A DNA stretch of 64,000 nt from Mobula hypostoma. Its lineage: Eukaryota. Both the position numbers and the translations under genes were made by a program. The notes beneath the pieces are model-generated. The model was not told the origin of the DNA and searched no databases. It saw nothing but the letters and a program-made list of their open reading frames with translations. Location: contig NC_086097.1 of the NCBI RefSeq assembly GCF_963921235.1, positions 178,314,001 through 178,378,000 of the forward strand, given 5' to 3'. Of this stretch, positions 10,226-25,200 are shown one piece after another; positions within the stretch are counted from its first letter, which is position 1, and each line of letters opens with the position of its first letter.

Positions 10226-13200
10226 AATCTCCCGAGGAGGCGACGGATACGGAGACTCTCCCGAGGAGGGGATAGAGGGAGAGACTCTCCCGAGGAGGCG
10301 ACGGAGATGGAGACTCTCCCGAGGAGGGGATAGAGGGAGAGACTCTCCCGAGGAGGCGACAGAGGGAGGAGACTCTCCCAAGGAGGGGATGGAGACGGAG
10401 ACTCTCCCGAGGAGGTGACGGAGGTGGAGACTTTCCCGAGGAGGCGACGGAGACGGAGACTCTCCTGAGGAGGGGATGGAGGGAGAGACTCTCCTGAGGA
10501 GGGGACGGAGACGGAGACTATCCCGAGGAGGCGATGGAGGGACGGAGACTCTCCCGAGGAGGGGATGGAGACGGAGACTCTCCCGAGGAGGGGATGGAGA
10601 CAGAGACTCTCCCGAGGAGGGGATGGAGGGAGTGACTCTCCCGAGGAGGGGATGGAGACGGAGACTCTCCCGAGGAGGGGACGGAGACGGAGACTCTTCC
10701 GAGGAGGCGACGGAGGGACGGAGACTCTCCCGAGGAGGGGATGGAGACGGAGACTCTCCCGAGGAGGGGATGGAGGGACGGAGACTCTCCCGAGGAGGGG
10801 ATGGAGACGGAGACTCTCCCGAGGAGGGGATGGAGACGGAGACTCTCCCGAGGAGGGGATGGAGACGGAGACTCTCCCGAGGAGGGGATGGAGGGAGAGA
10901 CTACCCCAGGAGGGGATGGAAACGGAGACTCTCCCGAGGAGGCGACGGAGGGACGGAGACTCTCCCGAGGAGGGGATGGAGACAGAGACTCTCCCGAGGA
11001 GGGGATGGAGGGACGGAGACTCTCCCGAGGAGGGGACGGAGACGGAGACTCTCCCGAGGAGGGGATGGAGGGACGGAGACTCTCCCGAGGAGGGGATGGA
11101 GGGAGAGACTCTCCCGAGGAGGGGATGGAGGGAGAGACTCTCCCGAGGAGGGGATGGAGACGGAGACTCTCCCGAGGAGGGGATGGAGACGGAGACTCTC
11201 CCGAGGAGGGGACGGAGGGAGAGACTCTCCCGAGGAGGGGATGGAGGGAGTGACTCTCCCGAGGAGGTGATGGAGACGGAGACTCTCCCGAGGAGGGGAT
11301 GGAGACAGAGACTCTCCCGAGGAGGGGATGGAGGGACGGAGACTCTCCCGAGGAGGGGATGGAGGGAGAGACTCTCCCGAGGAGGGGATGGAGGGAGAGA
11401 CTCTCCCGAGGAGGGGATGGAGACGGAGACTCTCCCGAGGAGGGGATGGAGACGGAGACTCTCCCGAGGAGGGGACGGAGACGGAGACTCTCCCGAGGAG
11501 GGGATGGAGGGAGAGACTCTCCCGAGGAGGGGATGGAGACGGAGACTCTCCCGAGGAGGGGATGGAGGGATGGAGACTCTCCCGAGGAGGGGACGGAGAC
11601 GGAGACTCTCCCGAGGAGGGGATGGAGGGAGAGACTCTCCCGAGGAGGGGATGGAGACGGAGACTCTCCCGAGGAGGGGATGGAGACGGAGACTCTCCCG
11701 AGGAGGGGACGGAGACGGAGACTCTCCCGAGGAGGGGATGGAGACGGAGACTCTCCCGAGGAGGGGATGGAGGGAGAGACTCTCCCGAGGAGGGGATGGA
11801 GACGGAGACTCTCCCGAGGAGGGGATGGAGACAGAGACTCTCCCGAGGAGGGGATGGAGACGGAGACTCTCCCGAGGAGGGGACGGAGACGGAGACTCTC
11901 CCGAGGAGGGGATGGAGACGGAGACTCTCTCGAGGAGGGGATGGAGGGAGAGAGTCTCCCGAGGAGGGGATGGAGACGGAGACTCTCCCGAGGAGGGGAT
12001 GGAGACGGAGACTCTCCCGAGGAGGGGACGGAGACGGAGACTCTCCCGAGGAGGGGACGGAGACGGAGACTCTCCCGAGGAGGGGATTGAGACGGAGACT
12101 CTCCCGAGGAGGGGATGGAGACGGAGTCTCTCCCGAGGAGGGGATGGAGGGATGGAGACTCTCCCGAGGAGGGGATGGAGACGGAGACTCTCCCGAGGAG
12201 GGGACGGAGACGGAGACTCTCCCGAGGAGGCGACGGAGGGATGGAGACTCTCCCGAGGAGGGGACGGAGACAGAGACTCTCCCGAGGAGGGGATGGAGGG
12301 AGAGACTCTCCCGAGGAGGGGATGGAGACGGAGACTCTCCCGAGGAGGGGATGGAGACGGAGACTCTCCCGAGGAGGGGATGGAGGGAGAGACTCTCCCG
12401 AGGAGGGGATGGAGACGGAGACTCTCCCGAGGAGGGGACGGAGACGGAGACTCTCCCGAGGAGGCGATGGAGGGACGGAGACTCTCCCGAGGAGGGGATG
12501 GAGGGAGAGACTCTCCCGAGGAGGGGATGGAGACGGAGACTCTCCCGAGGAGGGGATGGAGACGGAGACTCTCCCGAGGAGGGGACGGAGACGGAGACTC
12601 TCCCGAGGAGGCGACGGAGGGACGGAGACTCTCCCGAGGAGGGGACGGAGACAGAGACTCTCCCGAGGAGGGGATGGAGGGACGGAGACTCTCCCGAGGA
12701 GGGGATGGAGGGAGAGACTCTCCCGAGGAGGGGATGGAGGGAGAGACTCTCCCGAGGAGGGGATGGAGACGGAGACTCTCCCGAGGAGGGGATGGAGACG
12801 GAGACTCTCCCGAGGAGGGGATGGAGGGAGAGACTCTCCCGAGGAGGGGATGGAGACAGAGACTCTCCCGAGGAGGGGATGGAGGGAGTGACTCTCCCGA
12901 GGAGGGGATGGAGACGGAGACTCTCCCGAGGAGGGGATGGAGGGAGTGACTCTCCCGAGGAGGAGTTGGAGACGGAGACTCTCCCCAAGGAGGGGACCGA
13001 GGGAGTGACTCTCCCGAGGAGGGGATGGAGACGGAGACTCTCCCGAGGAGGGGATGGAGGGAGAGACTCTCCCGAGGAGGGGATGGAGACGGAGACTCTC
13101 CCGAGGAGGGGATGGAGACGGAGACTCTCCCGAGGAGGGGACGGAGGGACGGAGACTCTCCCGAGGAGGGGACGGAGGGAGAGACTCTCCCGAGGAGGGG

Positions 13201-16200
13201 ATGGAGGGAGAGACTCTCCCGAGGAGGGGATGGAGACGGAGACTCTCCCGAGGAGGGGACGGAGACGGAGACTCTCCCGAGGAGGGGATGGAGGGACGGA
13301 GACTCTCCCGAGGAGGGGACGGAGACGGAGACTCTCCCGAGGAGGCGACGGAGGGATGGAGACTCTCCAGAGGAGGGGACGGAGGGAGATACTCTCCCGA
13401 GGAGGGGATGGAGGGAGTGACTCTCCCGAGGAGGGGATGGAGACGGAGACTCTCCCGAGGAGGGGACGGAGGGAGAGACTCTCCCGAGGAGGGGATGGAG
13501 ACGGAGACTCTCCCGAGGAGGGGACGGAGGCGGAGACTCTCCCGAGGAGGGGACGGAGACGGAGACTCTCCCGAGGAGGGGACGGAGGGACGGAGACTCT
13601 CCCGAGGAGGGGACGGAGACGGAGACTCTCCCGAGGAGGGGATGGAGGGAGAGACTCTCCCGAGGAGGGGATGGAGGGAGAGACTCTCCCGAGGAGGGGA
13701 TGGAGGGAGAGACTCTCCCGAGGAGGGGATGGAGACGGAGACTCTCCCGAGGAGGGGATGGAGGGAGTGACTCTCCCGAGGAGGGGATGGAGACGGAGAC
13801 TCTCCCGAGGAGGGGATGGAGGGAGTGACTCTCCCGAGGAGGGGATGGAGACGGAGACTCTCCCGAGGAGGGGATGGAGGGAGAGACTCTCCCGAGGAGG
13901 GGATGGAGACGGAGACTCTCCCGAGGAGGGGACGGAGACGGAGACTCTCCCGAGGAGGGGACGGAGGGAGAGACTCTCCCGAGGAGGGGATGGAGGGACG
14001 GAGACTCTCCCGAGGAGGGGACGGAGACGGAGACTCTCCCGAGGAGGGGATGGAGACGGAGACTCTCCCGAGGAGGGGATGGAGGGAGAGACTCTCCCGA
14101 GGAGGGGATGGAGGGAGAGACTCTCCCGAGGAGGGGATGGAGACGGAGACTCTCCCGAGGAGGGGATGGAGACGGAGACTCTCCCGAGGAGGGGATGGAG
14201 GGAGAGACTCTCCCGAGGAGGGGATGGAGACGGAGACTCTCCCGAGGAGGGGATGGAGGGAGTGACTCTCCCGAGGAGGAGATGGAGGCGGAGACTCTCC
14301 CCAAGGAGGGGACGGAGGGAGAGACTCTCCCGAGGAGGGGATGGAGACGGAGACTCTCCCGAGGAGGGGATGGAGGGAGAGACTCTCCCGAGGAGGGGAT
14401 GGAGACGGAGACTCTCCCGAGGAGGGGACGGAGGGAGAGACTCTCCCGAGGAGGGGATGGAGGGAGAGACTCTCCCGAGGAGGGGATGGAGACGGAGACT
14501 CTCCCGAGGAGGGGACGGAGACGGAGACTCTCCCGAGGAGGGGATGGAGACGGAGACTCTCCCGAGGAGGGGATGGAGGGAGAGACTCTCCCGAGGAGGG
14601 GATGGAGGGAGAGACTCTCCCGAGGAGGGGATGGAGACGGAGACTCTCCCGAGGAGGGGATGGAGACGGAGACTCTCCCGAGGAGGGGATGGAGGGAGAG
14701 ACTCTCCCGAGGAGGGGATGGAGACGGAGACTCTCCCGAGGAGGGGATGGAGGGAGTGACTCTCCCGAGGAGGGGATGCAGGGGGAGACTCTCCCGAGGA
14801 GGGGATGGAGGGACGGAGACTCTCCCGAGGAGGGGATGGAGACGGAGACTCTCCCGAGGAGGGGATGGAGGGAGAGACTCTCCCGAGGAGGGGATGGAGA
14901 CGGAGACTCTCCCGAGGAGGGGATGGAGGGAGAGACTCTCCCGAGGAGGGGATGGAGACGGAGACTCTCCCGAGGAGGGGATGGAGACGGAGACTCTCCC
15001 GAGGAGGGGACGGAGGGAGAGACTCTCCCGAGGAGGGGATGGAGACGGAGACTCTCCCGAGGAGGGGATGGAGACGGAGACTCTCCCGAGGAGGGGATGG
15101 AGACGGAGACTCTCCCGAGGAGGGGATGGAGGGAGAGACTCTCCCGAGGAGGGGATGGAGGGACGGAGACTCTCCCGAGGAGGGGATGGAGACGGAGACT
15201 CTCCTGAGGAGGGGATTGAGACGGAGACTCTCCCGAGGAGGGGATGGAGGGAGAGAGTCTCCCCGAGGAGGGGATGGAGGGAGTGACTCTCCCGAGGAGG
15301 GGATGGAGACGGAGACTCTCCCGAGGAGGGGACGGAGGGAGTGACTCTCCCGAGGAGGGGATGGAGGGAGAGACTCTCCCGAGGAGGGGATGGAGGGAGA
15401 GACTCTCCCGAGGAGGGGATGGAGACGGAGACTCTCCCGAGGAGGGGATGGAGACGGAGACTCTCCCGAGGAGGGGATGGAGGGAGAGACTCTCCCGAGG
15501 AGGGGATGGAGGGAGAGACTCTCCCGAGGAGGGGATGGAGACGGAGACTCTCCCGAGGAGGGGATGGAGACGGAGACTCTCCCGAGGAGGGGATGGAGGG
15601 AGAGACTCTCCCGAGGAGGGGATGGAGACGGAGACTCTCCCGAGGAGGGGACGGAGACGGAGACTCTCCCGAGGAGGGGACGGAGACGGAGACTCTCCCG
15701 AGGAGGGGACGGAGACGGAGACTCTCCCGAGGAGCGGACGGAGACGGAGACACTTCCGAGGAGGCGACGGAGGGACGGAGACTCTCCCGAGGAGGGGATG
15801 GAGACAGAGATTCTCCCGAGGAGGGGATGGAGGGAGAGACTCTCCCGAGGAGGGGATGGAGGGAGAGACTCTCCCGAGGAGGGGATGGAGACGGAGACTC
15901 TCCCGAGGAGGGGATGGAGACGGAGACTCTCCCGAGGAGGGGATGGAGGGAGAGACTCTCCCGAGGAGGGGATGGAGGGAGAGACTCTCCCGAGGAGGGG
16001 ATGGAGACGGAGACTCTCCCGAGGAGGGGATGGAGACGGAGACTCTCCCGAGGAGGGGATGGAGGGAGAGACTCTCCCGAGGAGGGGATGGAGGGAGTGA
16101 CTCTCCCGAGGAGGGGATGGAGACGGAGACTCTCCCGAGGAGGGGATGGAGACGGAGACTCTCCCGAGGAGGGGATGGAGGGAGTGACTCTCCCGAGGAG

Positions 16201-19200
16201 GGGATGGTGGGGGAGACTCTCCCGAGGAGGGGATGGAGACGGAGACTCTCCCGAGGAGGGGATGGAGGGAGAGACTCTCCCGAGGAGGGGATGGAGACGG
16301 AGACTCTCCCGAGGAGGGGACGGAGACGGAGACTCTCCCGAGGAGGCGACGGAGGGAGAGACTCTCCCGAGGAGGGGACGGAGGCGGAGACTCTCCCGAG
16401 GAGGGGATGGAGGGAGAGACTCTCCCGAGGAGGGGACGGAGACGGAGACTCTCCCGAGGAGGGGATGGAGGGACGGAGACTCTCCCGAGGAGGGGACGGA
16501 GACAGAGAATCTCCCGAAGAGGGGATGGAGGGACGGAGACTCTCCCGAGGAGGGGATGGAGACGGAGACTCTCCCGAGGAGGGGATGGAGACGGAGACTC
16601 TCCCGAGGAGGGGACGGAGACGGAGACTCTCCCGAGGAGGGGATGGAGGGAGAGACTCTCCCGAGGAGGGGATGGAGATGGAGACTCTCCCGAGGAGGGG
16701 ATGGAGACGGAGACTCTCCCGAGGAGGAGATGGAGACGGAGACTCCCCCGAGGAGGGGACGGAGACTGAGACTCTCCCGAGGAGGGGATGGAGACGGAGA
16801 CTCTCCCGAGGAGGGGACGGAGACGGAGACTCATCCGAGGAGGGGATGGAGACGGAGACTCTCTCGAGGAGGGGATGGAGGGAGAGACTCTCCCGAGGAG
16901 GGGATGGAGACGGAGACTCTCCCGAGGAGGGGATGGAGACGGAGACTCTCCCGAGGAGGGGATGGAGGGAGAGACTCTCCCGAGGAGGGGACGGAGACGG
17001 AGACTCTCCCGAGGAGGGGACGGAGACGGAGACTCTCCCGAGGAGGGGATGGAGACGGAGACTCTCCCGAGGAGGGGATGGAGGGAGAGACTCTCCCGAG
17101 GAGGGGATGGAGACGGAGACTCTCCCGAGGAGGGGATGGAGACGGAGACTCTCCCGAGGAGGGGATGGAGACGGAGACTCTCCCGAGGAGGCGACGGAGG
17201 GACGGAGACTCTCCCGAGGAGGGGATGGAGGGAGAGACTCTCCCGAGGAGGGGATGGAGACGGAGACTCTCCCGAGGAGGCGATGGAGGGACGGAGACTC
17301 TCCCGAGGAGGGGACGGAGACAGAGACTCTCCCGAGGAGGGGATGGAGACGGAGACTCTCCCGAGGAGGGGACGGAGACGGAGACTCTCCCGAGGAGGCG
17401 ATGGAGGGAGAGACTCTCCCGAGGAGGGGATGGAGACGGAGACTCTCCCGAGGAGGGGATGGAGACAGAGACTCTCCCGAGGAGGGGATGGAGACGGAGA
17501 CTCTCCCGAGGAGGGGATGGAGACGGAGACTCTCCCGAGGAGGGGATGGAGACGGAGACTCTCCCGAGGAGGGGATGGAGACGGAGACTCTCCCGAGGAG
17601 GGGATGGAGACGGAGACTCTCCCGAGGAGGGGATGGAGGGAGAGACTCTCCCGAGGAGGGGATGGAGACGGAGACTCTCCCGAGGAGGGGATGGAGACGG
17701 AGACTCTCCCGAGGAGGGGATGGAGGGAGAGACTCTCCCGAGGAGGGGATGGAGACGGAGACTCTCCCGAGGAGGGGATGGAGGGACGGAGACTCTCCCG
17801 AGGAGGGGACGGAGACGGAGACTCTCCCGAGGAGGCGACGGAGGGACGGAGACTCTCCCGAGGAGGGGATGGAGGGAGAGATTCTCCCGAGGAGGGGACG
17901 GAGACGGAGACTCTCCCGAGGAGGGGACGGAGGGACGGAGACTCTCCCGAGGAGGGGACGGAGACAGAGAATCTCCCGAGGAGGGGATGGAGGGACGGAG
18001 ACTCTCCCGAGGAGGGGATGGAGGGAGAAACTCTCCGGAGGAGGGGATGGAGGGAGTGACTCTCCCGAGGAGGGGATGGATTGAGAAACTCTACCGAGGA
18101 GGGGATGGAGACGGAGACTCTCCCGAGGAGGGGACGGAGACGGAGACTCTCCCGAGGAGGGGATGGAGGGAGAGACTCTCCCGAGGAGGGGATGGAGATG
18201 GAGACTCTCCCGAGGAGGGGATGGAGGGATTGACTCTCCCAAGGAGGGGAAGGACGGGGAGACTCTCCCGAGGAGGGGATGGAGACGGAGACTCTCCCGA
18301 GGAGGGGATGGAGGGAGTGACTCTCCCGAGGAGGGGATGGAGACGGAGACTCTCCCGAGGAGGGGACGGAGACGGAGACTCTCCCTAGGAGGCGACGGAG
18401 GGACTGAGACTCTCCCGAAGAGGGGACGGAGACAAGAGACTCTCCCGAGGAGGGGATGGAGGGACGGAGAATCTCTGGAGGAGGAGGGGATGGAGGGATG
18501 GAGACTCTCCCGAGGAGGGGATGGAGACGGAGACTCTCCCGAGGAGGGGATGGAGGGAGAGACTCTCCCGAGGAGGGGATGGAGACGGAGACTCTCCCGA
18601 GGAGGGGATGGAGGGAGAGACTCTCCCGAGGAGGGGATGGAGACGGAGACTCTCCCGAGGAGGGGATGGAGGGGGAGACTCTCCTGAGGAGGGGATGGAG
18701 ACGGAGACTCTCCCGAGGAGGGGATGGAGACGGAGACTCTCCCGAGGAGGGGATGGAGGGAGAGACTCTCCCGAGGAGGGGATGGAGACGGAGACTCTCC
18801 CGAGGAGGGGATGGAGACGGAGACTCTCCCGAGGAGGGGACGGAGATGGAGACTCTCCCGAGGAGGGGACGGAGACGGAGACTCTCCCGAGGAGGCGACG
18901 GAGGGAGAGACTCTCCCGAGGAGGGGACGGAGGGATGGAGACTCTCCCGAGGAGGGGATGGAGGGAGTGACTCTCCCGAGGAGGGGATGGAGACGGAGAC
19001 TCTCCCGAGGAGGGGATGGAGACGGAGACTCTCCCGAGGAGGCGATGGAGACGGAGACTCTCCCGAGGAGGGGATGGAGGGAGAAACTCTCCCGAGGAGG
19101 GGATGGAGGGAGTGACTCTCCCGAGGAGGGGATGGAGACGGAGAATCTCCCGAGGAGGGGATGGAGACGGAGACTCTCCCGAGGAGGGGATGGAGGGAGA

Positions 19201-22200
19201 GACTCTCCCGAGGAGGGGATGGAGATGGAGACTCTCCCGAGGAGGGGATGGAGGGAGAGACGTTCCAGAGGAGGGGATGGAGAGGGAGACTTTACCGAGG
19301 AGGGGATGGATGGAGACGGAGACTCTCCCGAGGAGGGTATGGAGGGAGAAACTCTCCCGAGGAGGGGATGGAGACGGAGTCTCTCCCGAGGGGGATGGAG
19401 ACGGAGACTCTCCGGAGGAGGGGATGGAGACGGAGACTCTCCCGAGGAGGGGACGGAGACGGAGACTCATCCGAGGAGGGGATGGAGACGGAGACTCTCC
19501 CGAGGAGGGGATGGAGGGAGAGACTCTCCCGAGGAGGGGATGGAGACGGAGACTCTCCCGAGCAGGGGATGGAGACGGAGACTCTCTTGAGCAGAGGACG
19601 GAGATGGAGACTCTCCCGAGGAGGGGACGGATACGGAGACTCTCCCGAGGAGGGGACGGAGACAGAGACTCTCCCGAGGAGGCGACGGAGGGACGGAGAC
19701 TCTCCCGAGGAGGGGATGGAGGGAGAGACTCTCCCGAGGAGGGGATGGAGACGGAGACTCTCCCGAGGAGGGGATGGAGGGAGAGACTCTCCCGAGGAGG
19801 GGATGGAGACGGAGACTCTCCCGAGGAGGGGACGGAGACGGAGACTCTCCCGAGGAGGGGATGGAGACGGAGACTCTCCCGAGGAGGGGATGGAGGGAGA
19901 GACTCTCCCGAGGAGGAGATGGAGACGGAGACACTCCCGAGGAGGGGATGGAGACGGAGACTCTCCCGAGGAGGAGATGGAGACGGAGACTCTCCCGAGG
20001 AGGGGACGGAGACTGAGACTCTCCCGAGGAGGGGATGGAGACGGAGACTCTCCCGAGGATGGGACGGAGACGGAGACTCTCCGAGGAGGCGACGGAGGGA
20101 CGGAGAATCTCCCGAGGAGGGGACGGAGGGAGTGACTCTCCCGAGAGGGGATGGAGACGGAGATTCTCCCGAGGACGGGATGGAGGGAGAGACTCCCCCA
20201 GGAGGGGATGGAGACGGAGACTCTCCCGAGGATGGGACGGAGACGGAGACTCTCCCGAGGAGGCGACGGAGGGACGGAGAATCTCCCGAGGATGGGATGG
20301 AGGTAGAGACTCTCCCGAGGAGGGGACGGAGACTGAGACTCTCCCGAGGAGGGGACGGAGGGACGGAGACTCTCCCGAGGAGGGGACGGAGACAGAGACT
20401 CTCCCGAGGAGGGGATGGAGGGAGAAACTCTCCGGAGGAGGGGATGGAGGGAGTGACTCTCCCGAGGAGGGGATGGATTGAGAAACTCTACCGAGGAGGG
20501 GACCGAGACGGAGACTCTCCCGAGGAGGGGACGGAGGCGGAGACTCTCCTGAGGAGGGGATGGAGGGAGTGACTTTCCCGAGGAGGGGATGGATATGGAG
20601 ACTCTCCCGAGGAGGGGATGGAGACGGAGACTCTCCCGAGGAGGGGATGGAGGGAGAGACTCTCCCGAGGAGGGGATGGAGACGGAGACTCTCCCGAGGA
20701 GGGGATGGAGGGAGAGGCTCTTCCGCGGAGGAGATGGAGACGGAGACTCTCCCGAGGAGGGGATGGAGGGGGAGACTCTCCTGAGGAGGGGACGGAGACT
20801 GAGACTCCCCCGAGGAGGGGATGGAGGAGGAGACTCTCCTGAGGAGGGGATAGAGACGGAGACTATCCCGAGGAGGGGATGGAGCGATTGACTCTCCCGA
20901 GGAGGGGACGGAGGAGGGGACGGAGACTGAGACTCCCCCGAGGAGGGGATGGAGGAGGAGACTCTCCTGAGGAGGGGATAGAGACGGAGACTATCCCGAG
21001 GAGGGGATGGAGCGATTGACTCTCCCGAGGAGGGGACGGAGGCGGTGACTCTCTCGAGGAGGGGACGGAGACAGAGACTCTCCCGAGGAGGGGATGGAGG
21101 GACGGAGACTCTCCCGAGGAGGGGATGGAGGGAGAAACTCTCCCGAGGAGGGGATGGAGGGAGTGACTCTCCCGAGGAGGGGATGGAGACGGAGAATCTC
21201 CCGAGGAGGGGATGGAGACGGAGACTCTCCCGAGGAGGGGACGGAGACGGAGACTCTCCCGAGGAGGGGCTGGAGGGAGAGACTCTCCCGAGGAGGGGAT
21301 GGAGACGGAGACTCTCCCGAGGAGGGGATGGAGGGAGAGACTCTCCCGAGGAGGGGATGGAGACGGAGACTCTCCCGAGGAGGGGATGGAGGGAGAGACG
21401 TTCCAGAGGAGGGGATGGAGAGGGAGACTTTACCGAGGAGGGGATGGATGGACGGAGACTCTCCCGAGGAGGGGATGGAGACGGAGACTCTCCCGAGGAG
21501 GGGATGGAGGGAGAAACTCTCCCGAGGAGGGGATGGAGACGGAGACTCTCCCGAGGAGGGGATGGAGGTGGAGACTCTCCCGAGGAGGGGATGGAGGGAG
21601 AGACTCTCCCGAGGAGGGGATGGAGATGGAGACTCTCCCGAGGAGGGGATGGAGACGGAGACTCTCCCGAGGAGGGGATGGAGGGAGAGACTCTCCCGAG
21701 GAGGGGATGGAGACGGAGACTCTCCCGAGGAGGGGATGGAGGGAGAGGCTCTCCCGCGGAGGAGATGGAGACGGAGACTCTCCCGAGGAGGGGATGGAGG
21801 GGGAGACTCTCCTGAGGAGGGGACGGAGACTGAGACTCCCCCGAGGAGGGGATGGAGGAGGAGACTCTCCTGAGGAGGGGATAGAGACGGAGACTATCCC
21901 GAGGAGGGGATGGAGCGATTGACTCTCCCGAGGAGGGGACGGAGGAGGGGACGGAGACTGAGACTCCCCCGAGGAGGGGATGGAGGAGGAGACTCTCCTG
22001 AGGAGGGGATAGAGACGGAGACTATCCCGAGGAGGGGATGGAGCGATTGACTCTCCCGAGGAGGGGACGGAGGCGGTGACTCTCCCGCGGAGGGGAGGGA
22101 GACAGAGACTCTTCCGAGGAGGGGATGGAGGGACGGAGACTCTCCCGAGGAGGGGATGGAGGGAGAAACTCTCCTGAGGAGGGAATGGAGGGAGTGGCTC

Positions 22201-25200
22201 TCCCGAGGAGGGGATGGAGAAGTAGAATCTCCCGAGGAGGGGATGGAGACGGAGACTCTCCCGAGGAGGGGACGGAGACGGAGACTCTCCCGAGGAGGGG
22301 CTGGAGGGAGAGACTCTCCCGAGGAGGGGATGGAGACGGAGACTCTCCCGAGGAGGGGATGGAGGGAGAGACTCTCCCGAGGAGGGGATGGAGATGGAGA
22401 CTCTGCCGAGGAGGGGATGGAGGGAGAGACGTTCCAGAGGAGGGGATGGAGAGGGAGACTTTACCGAGGAGGGGATGGAGGGACGGAGACTCTCCCGAGG
22501 AGGGGATGGAGACGGAGACTCTGCCGAGGAGGGTATGGAGGGAGAAACTCTCCCGAGGAGGAGATGGAGACGGAAACACTCCTGAGGAGAGGGCGGAGGT
22601 GGAGACTCTCCTGTGGAGCGGATGGAGGGAGTGACTTTCCCGAGGAGGGGATGGATATGGAGACTCTCCCGAGGAGGGGATGGAGACGGAGACTCTCCCG
22701 AGGAGGGGACGGAGACGGAGACTCATCCGAGGAGGGGATGGAGACGGAGTCTCTCCCGAGGAGGGGATGGAGGGAGAGACTCTCCCGAGGAGGGGATGGA
22801 GACGGAGACTCTCCCGAGGAGGGGATGGAGGGAGAGACTCTTCCGCGGAGGAGATGGAGACGGAGACTCTCCCGAGTAGGGGATGGAGGGGGAGACTCTC
22901 CTGAGGAGGGGATGGAGACTGAGACTCCCCCAAGGAGGGGATGGAGGAGGAGACTCTCCTGAGGAGGGGATAGAGACGGAGACTATCCCGAGGAGGAGAT
23001 GGAGCGAGACTCTCCCGAGGAGGGGACGGAGGCGGTGACTCTCTCGAGGAGGGGACGGAGACAGAGACTCTCCCGAGGAGGGGACAGAGGGACGGAGACT
23101 CTCCCGAGGAGGGGACGGAGACAGAGAATCTCCCGAGGAGGGGATGGAGGGACGGAGACTCTCCCGAGGAGGGGATGGAGGGAGAAACTCTCCCGAGGAG
23201 GGGATGGAGGGAGTGACTCTCCCGAGGAGGGGATGGAGACGGAGAATCTCCCGAGGAGGGGATGGAGACGGAGACTCTCCCGAGGAGGGGACGGAGACGG
23301 AGACTCTCCCGAGGAGGGGATGGAGGGAGAGACTCTCCCGAGGAGGGGATGGAGACGGAGACTCTCCCGAGGAGGGGATGGAGATGGAGACTCTCCCGAG
23401 GAGGGGACGGAGACGGAGACTCTCCCGAGGAGGGGATGGAGGGAGAGACTCTCCCGAGGAGGGGATGGAGACGGAGACTCTCCCGAGGAGGGGATGGAGA
23501 CGGAGACTCTCCCGAGGAGGGGATGGAGACGGAGACTCTCCCGAGGAGGGGACGGAGACGGAGACTCTCCCGAGGAGGCGATGGAGGGAGAGACTCTCCC
23601 GAGGAGGGGATGGAGACGGAGACTCTCCCGAGGAGGGGATGGAGACGGAGACTCTCCCGAGGAGGGGATGGAGACGGAGACTCTCCCGAGGAGGGGATGG
23701 AGGGAGAGACTCTCCCGAGGAGGGGATGGAGACGGAGTCTCTCCCGAAGGGGATGGAGACGGAGACTCTCCGGAGGAGGGAATGGAGACGGAGACTCTCC
23801 CGAGGAAGGGACGGAGACGGAGACTCTCCCGAGGAAGGGACGGAGACGGAGACTCATCCGAGGAGGGGATGGAGACGGAGACTCTCTCGAGGAGGGGATG
23901 GAGGGAGAGACTCTCCCGAGGAGGGGATGGAGACGGAGACTCTCCCGAGGAGGGGATGGAGACGGAGACTCTCCCGAGGAGGGGATGGAGGGAGAGACTC
24001 TCCCGAGGAGAGGATGGAGACGGAGACTCTCCCGAGGAGGGGATGGAGGGAGAAACTCTCCCGAGGAGGGGATGGAGACGGAGACTCTCCCGAGGAGGGG
24101 ATGGAGGGAGAAACTCTCCCGAGGAGGGGATGGAGGGAGAGACTCTCCCCAAGGAAGGGATGGAGGGAGTTATTCTCCCGAGAGGGGATGCAGACGGAGA
24201 TTCTCCTGAGAACGAGACGGAGACGGAGACTCTCCCGAGGAGGGGATGGAGGGAGAGACTCTCCCGAGGAGGGGATGGAGGGAGAGACTCTCCCGAGGAG
24301 GGGATGGAGACGGAGACTCTCCCGAGGAGGCGACGGTGGGACGGACACTCTCCCGAGGAGAGGATGGAGACGGAGACTCTCCCGAGGAGGGGATGGAGGG
24401 AGAGATTCTCCCGAGGAGAGGATGGGACGGAGACTCTCCCGAGGAGGGGACGGAGGCGGTGACTCTACCGAGGAGGGGACGGAGACGGAGACTCTCCCGA
24501 GGAGGCGACGGAGGGATGGAGACTCTCCCGAGGAGGGGACGGAGACAGAGACTCTCCCGAGGAGGGGATGGAGGGACGGAGACTCTCCCGAGGAGGGGAT
24601 GGAGGGAGTGACTCTCCCGAGGAGGGGATGCAGGGGGAGACTCTCCCGAGGAGGGGATGGAGGGACGGAGACTCTCCCGAGGAGGGGATGGAGGGAGTGA
24701 CTCTCCCGAGGAGGGGATGGAGACGGAGACTCTCCCGAGGAGGGGATGGAGGGAGAGACTCTCCCGAGGAGGGGATGGAGGCGGAGACTCTCCCGAGGAG
24801 GGGACGGAGACGGAGACTCTCCCGAGGAGGGGATGGAGGGAGAGACTCTCCCGAGGAGGGGATGGAGGGAGAAACTCTCCCGAGGAGGGGATGGAGACGG
24901 AGACTCTCCCGAGGAGGGGATGGAGGGAGAGACTCTCCCGAGGAGGGGATGGAGACGGAGACTCTCCCGAGGAGGGGATGGAGGGAGAGACTCTCCCGAG
25001 GAGGGGATGGAGGGAGAGACTCTCCCGAGGAGGGGATGGAGACGGAGACTCTCCCGAGGAGGGGACGGAGACGGAGACTCTCCCGAGGAGGGGATGGAGG
25101 GAGAGACTCTCCCGAGGAGGGGATGGAGACGGAGACTCTCCCGAGGAGGGGACGGAGACGGAGACTCTCCCGAGGAGGGGACGGAGACAGAGACTCTCCC

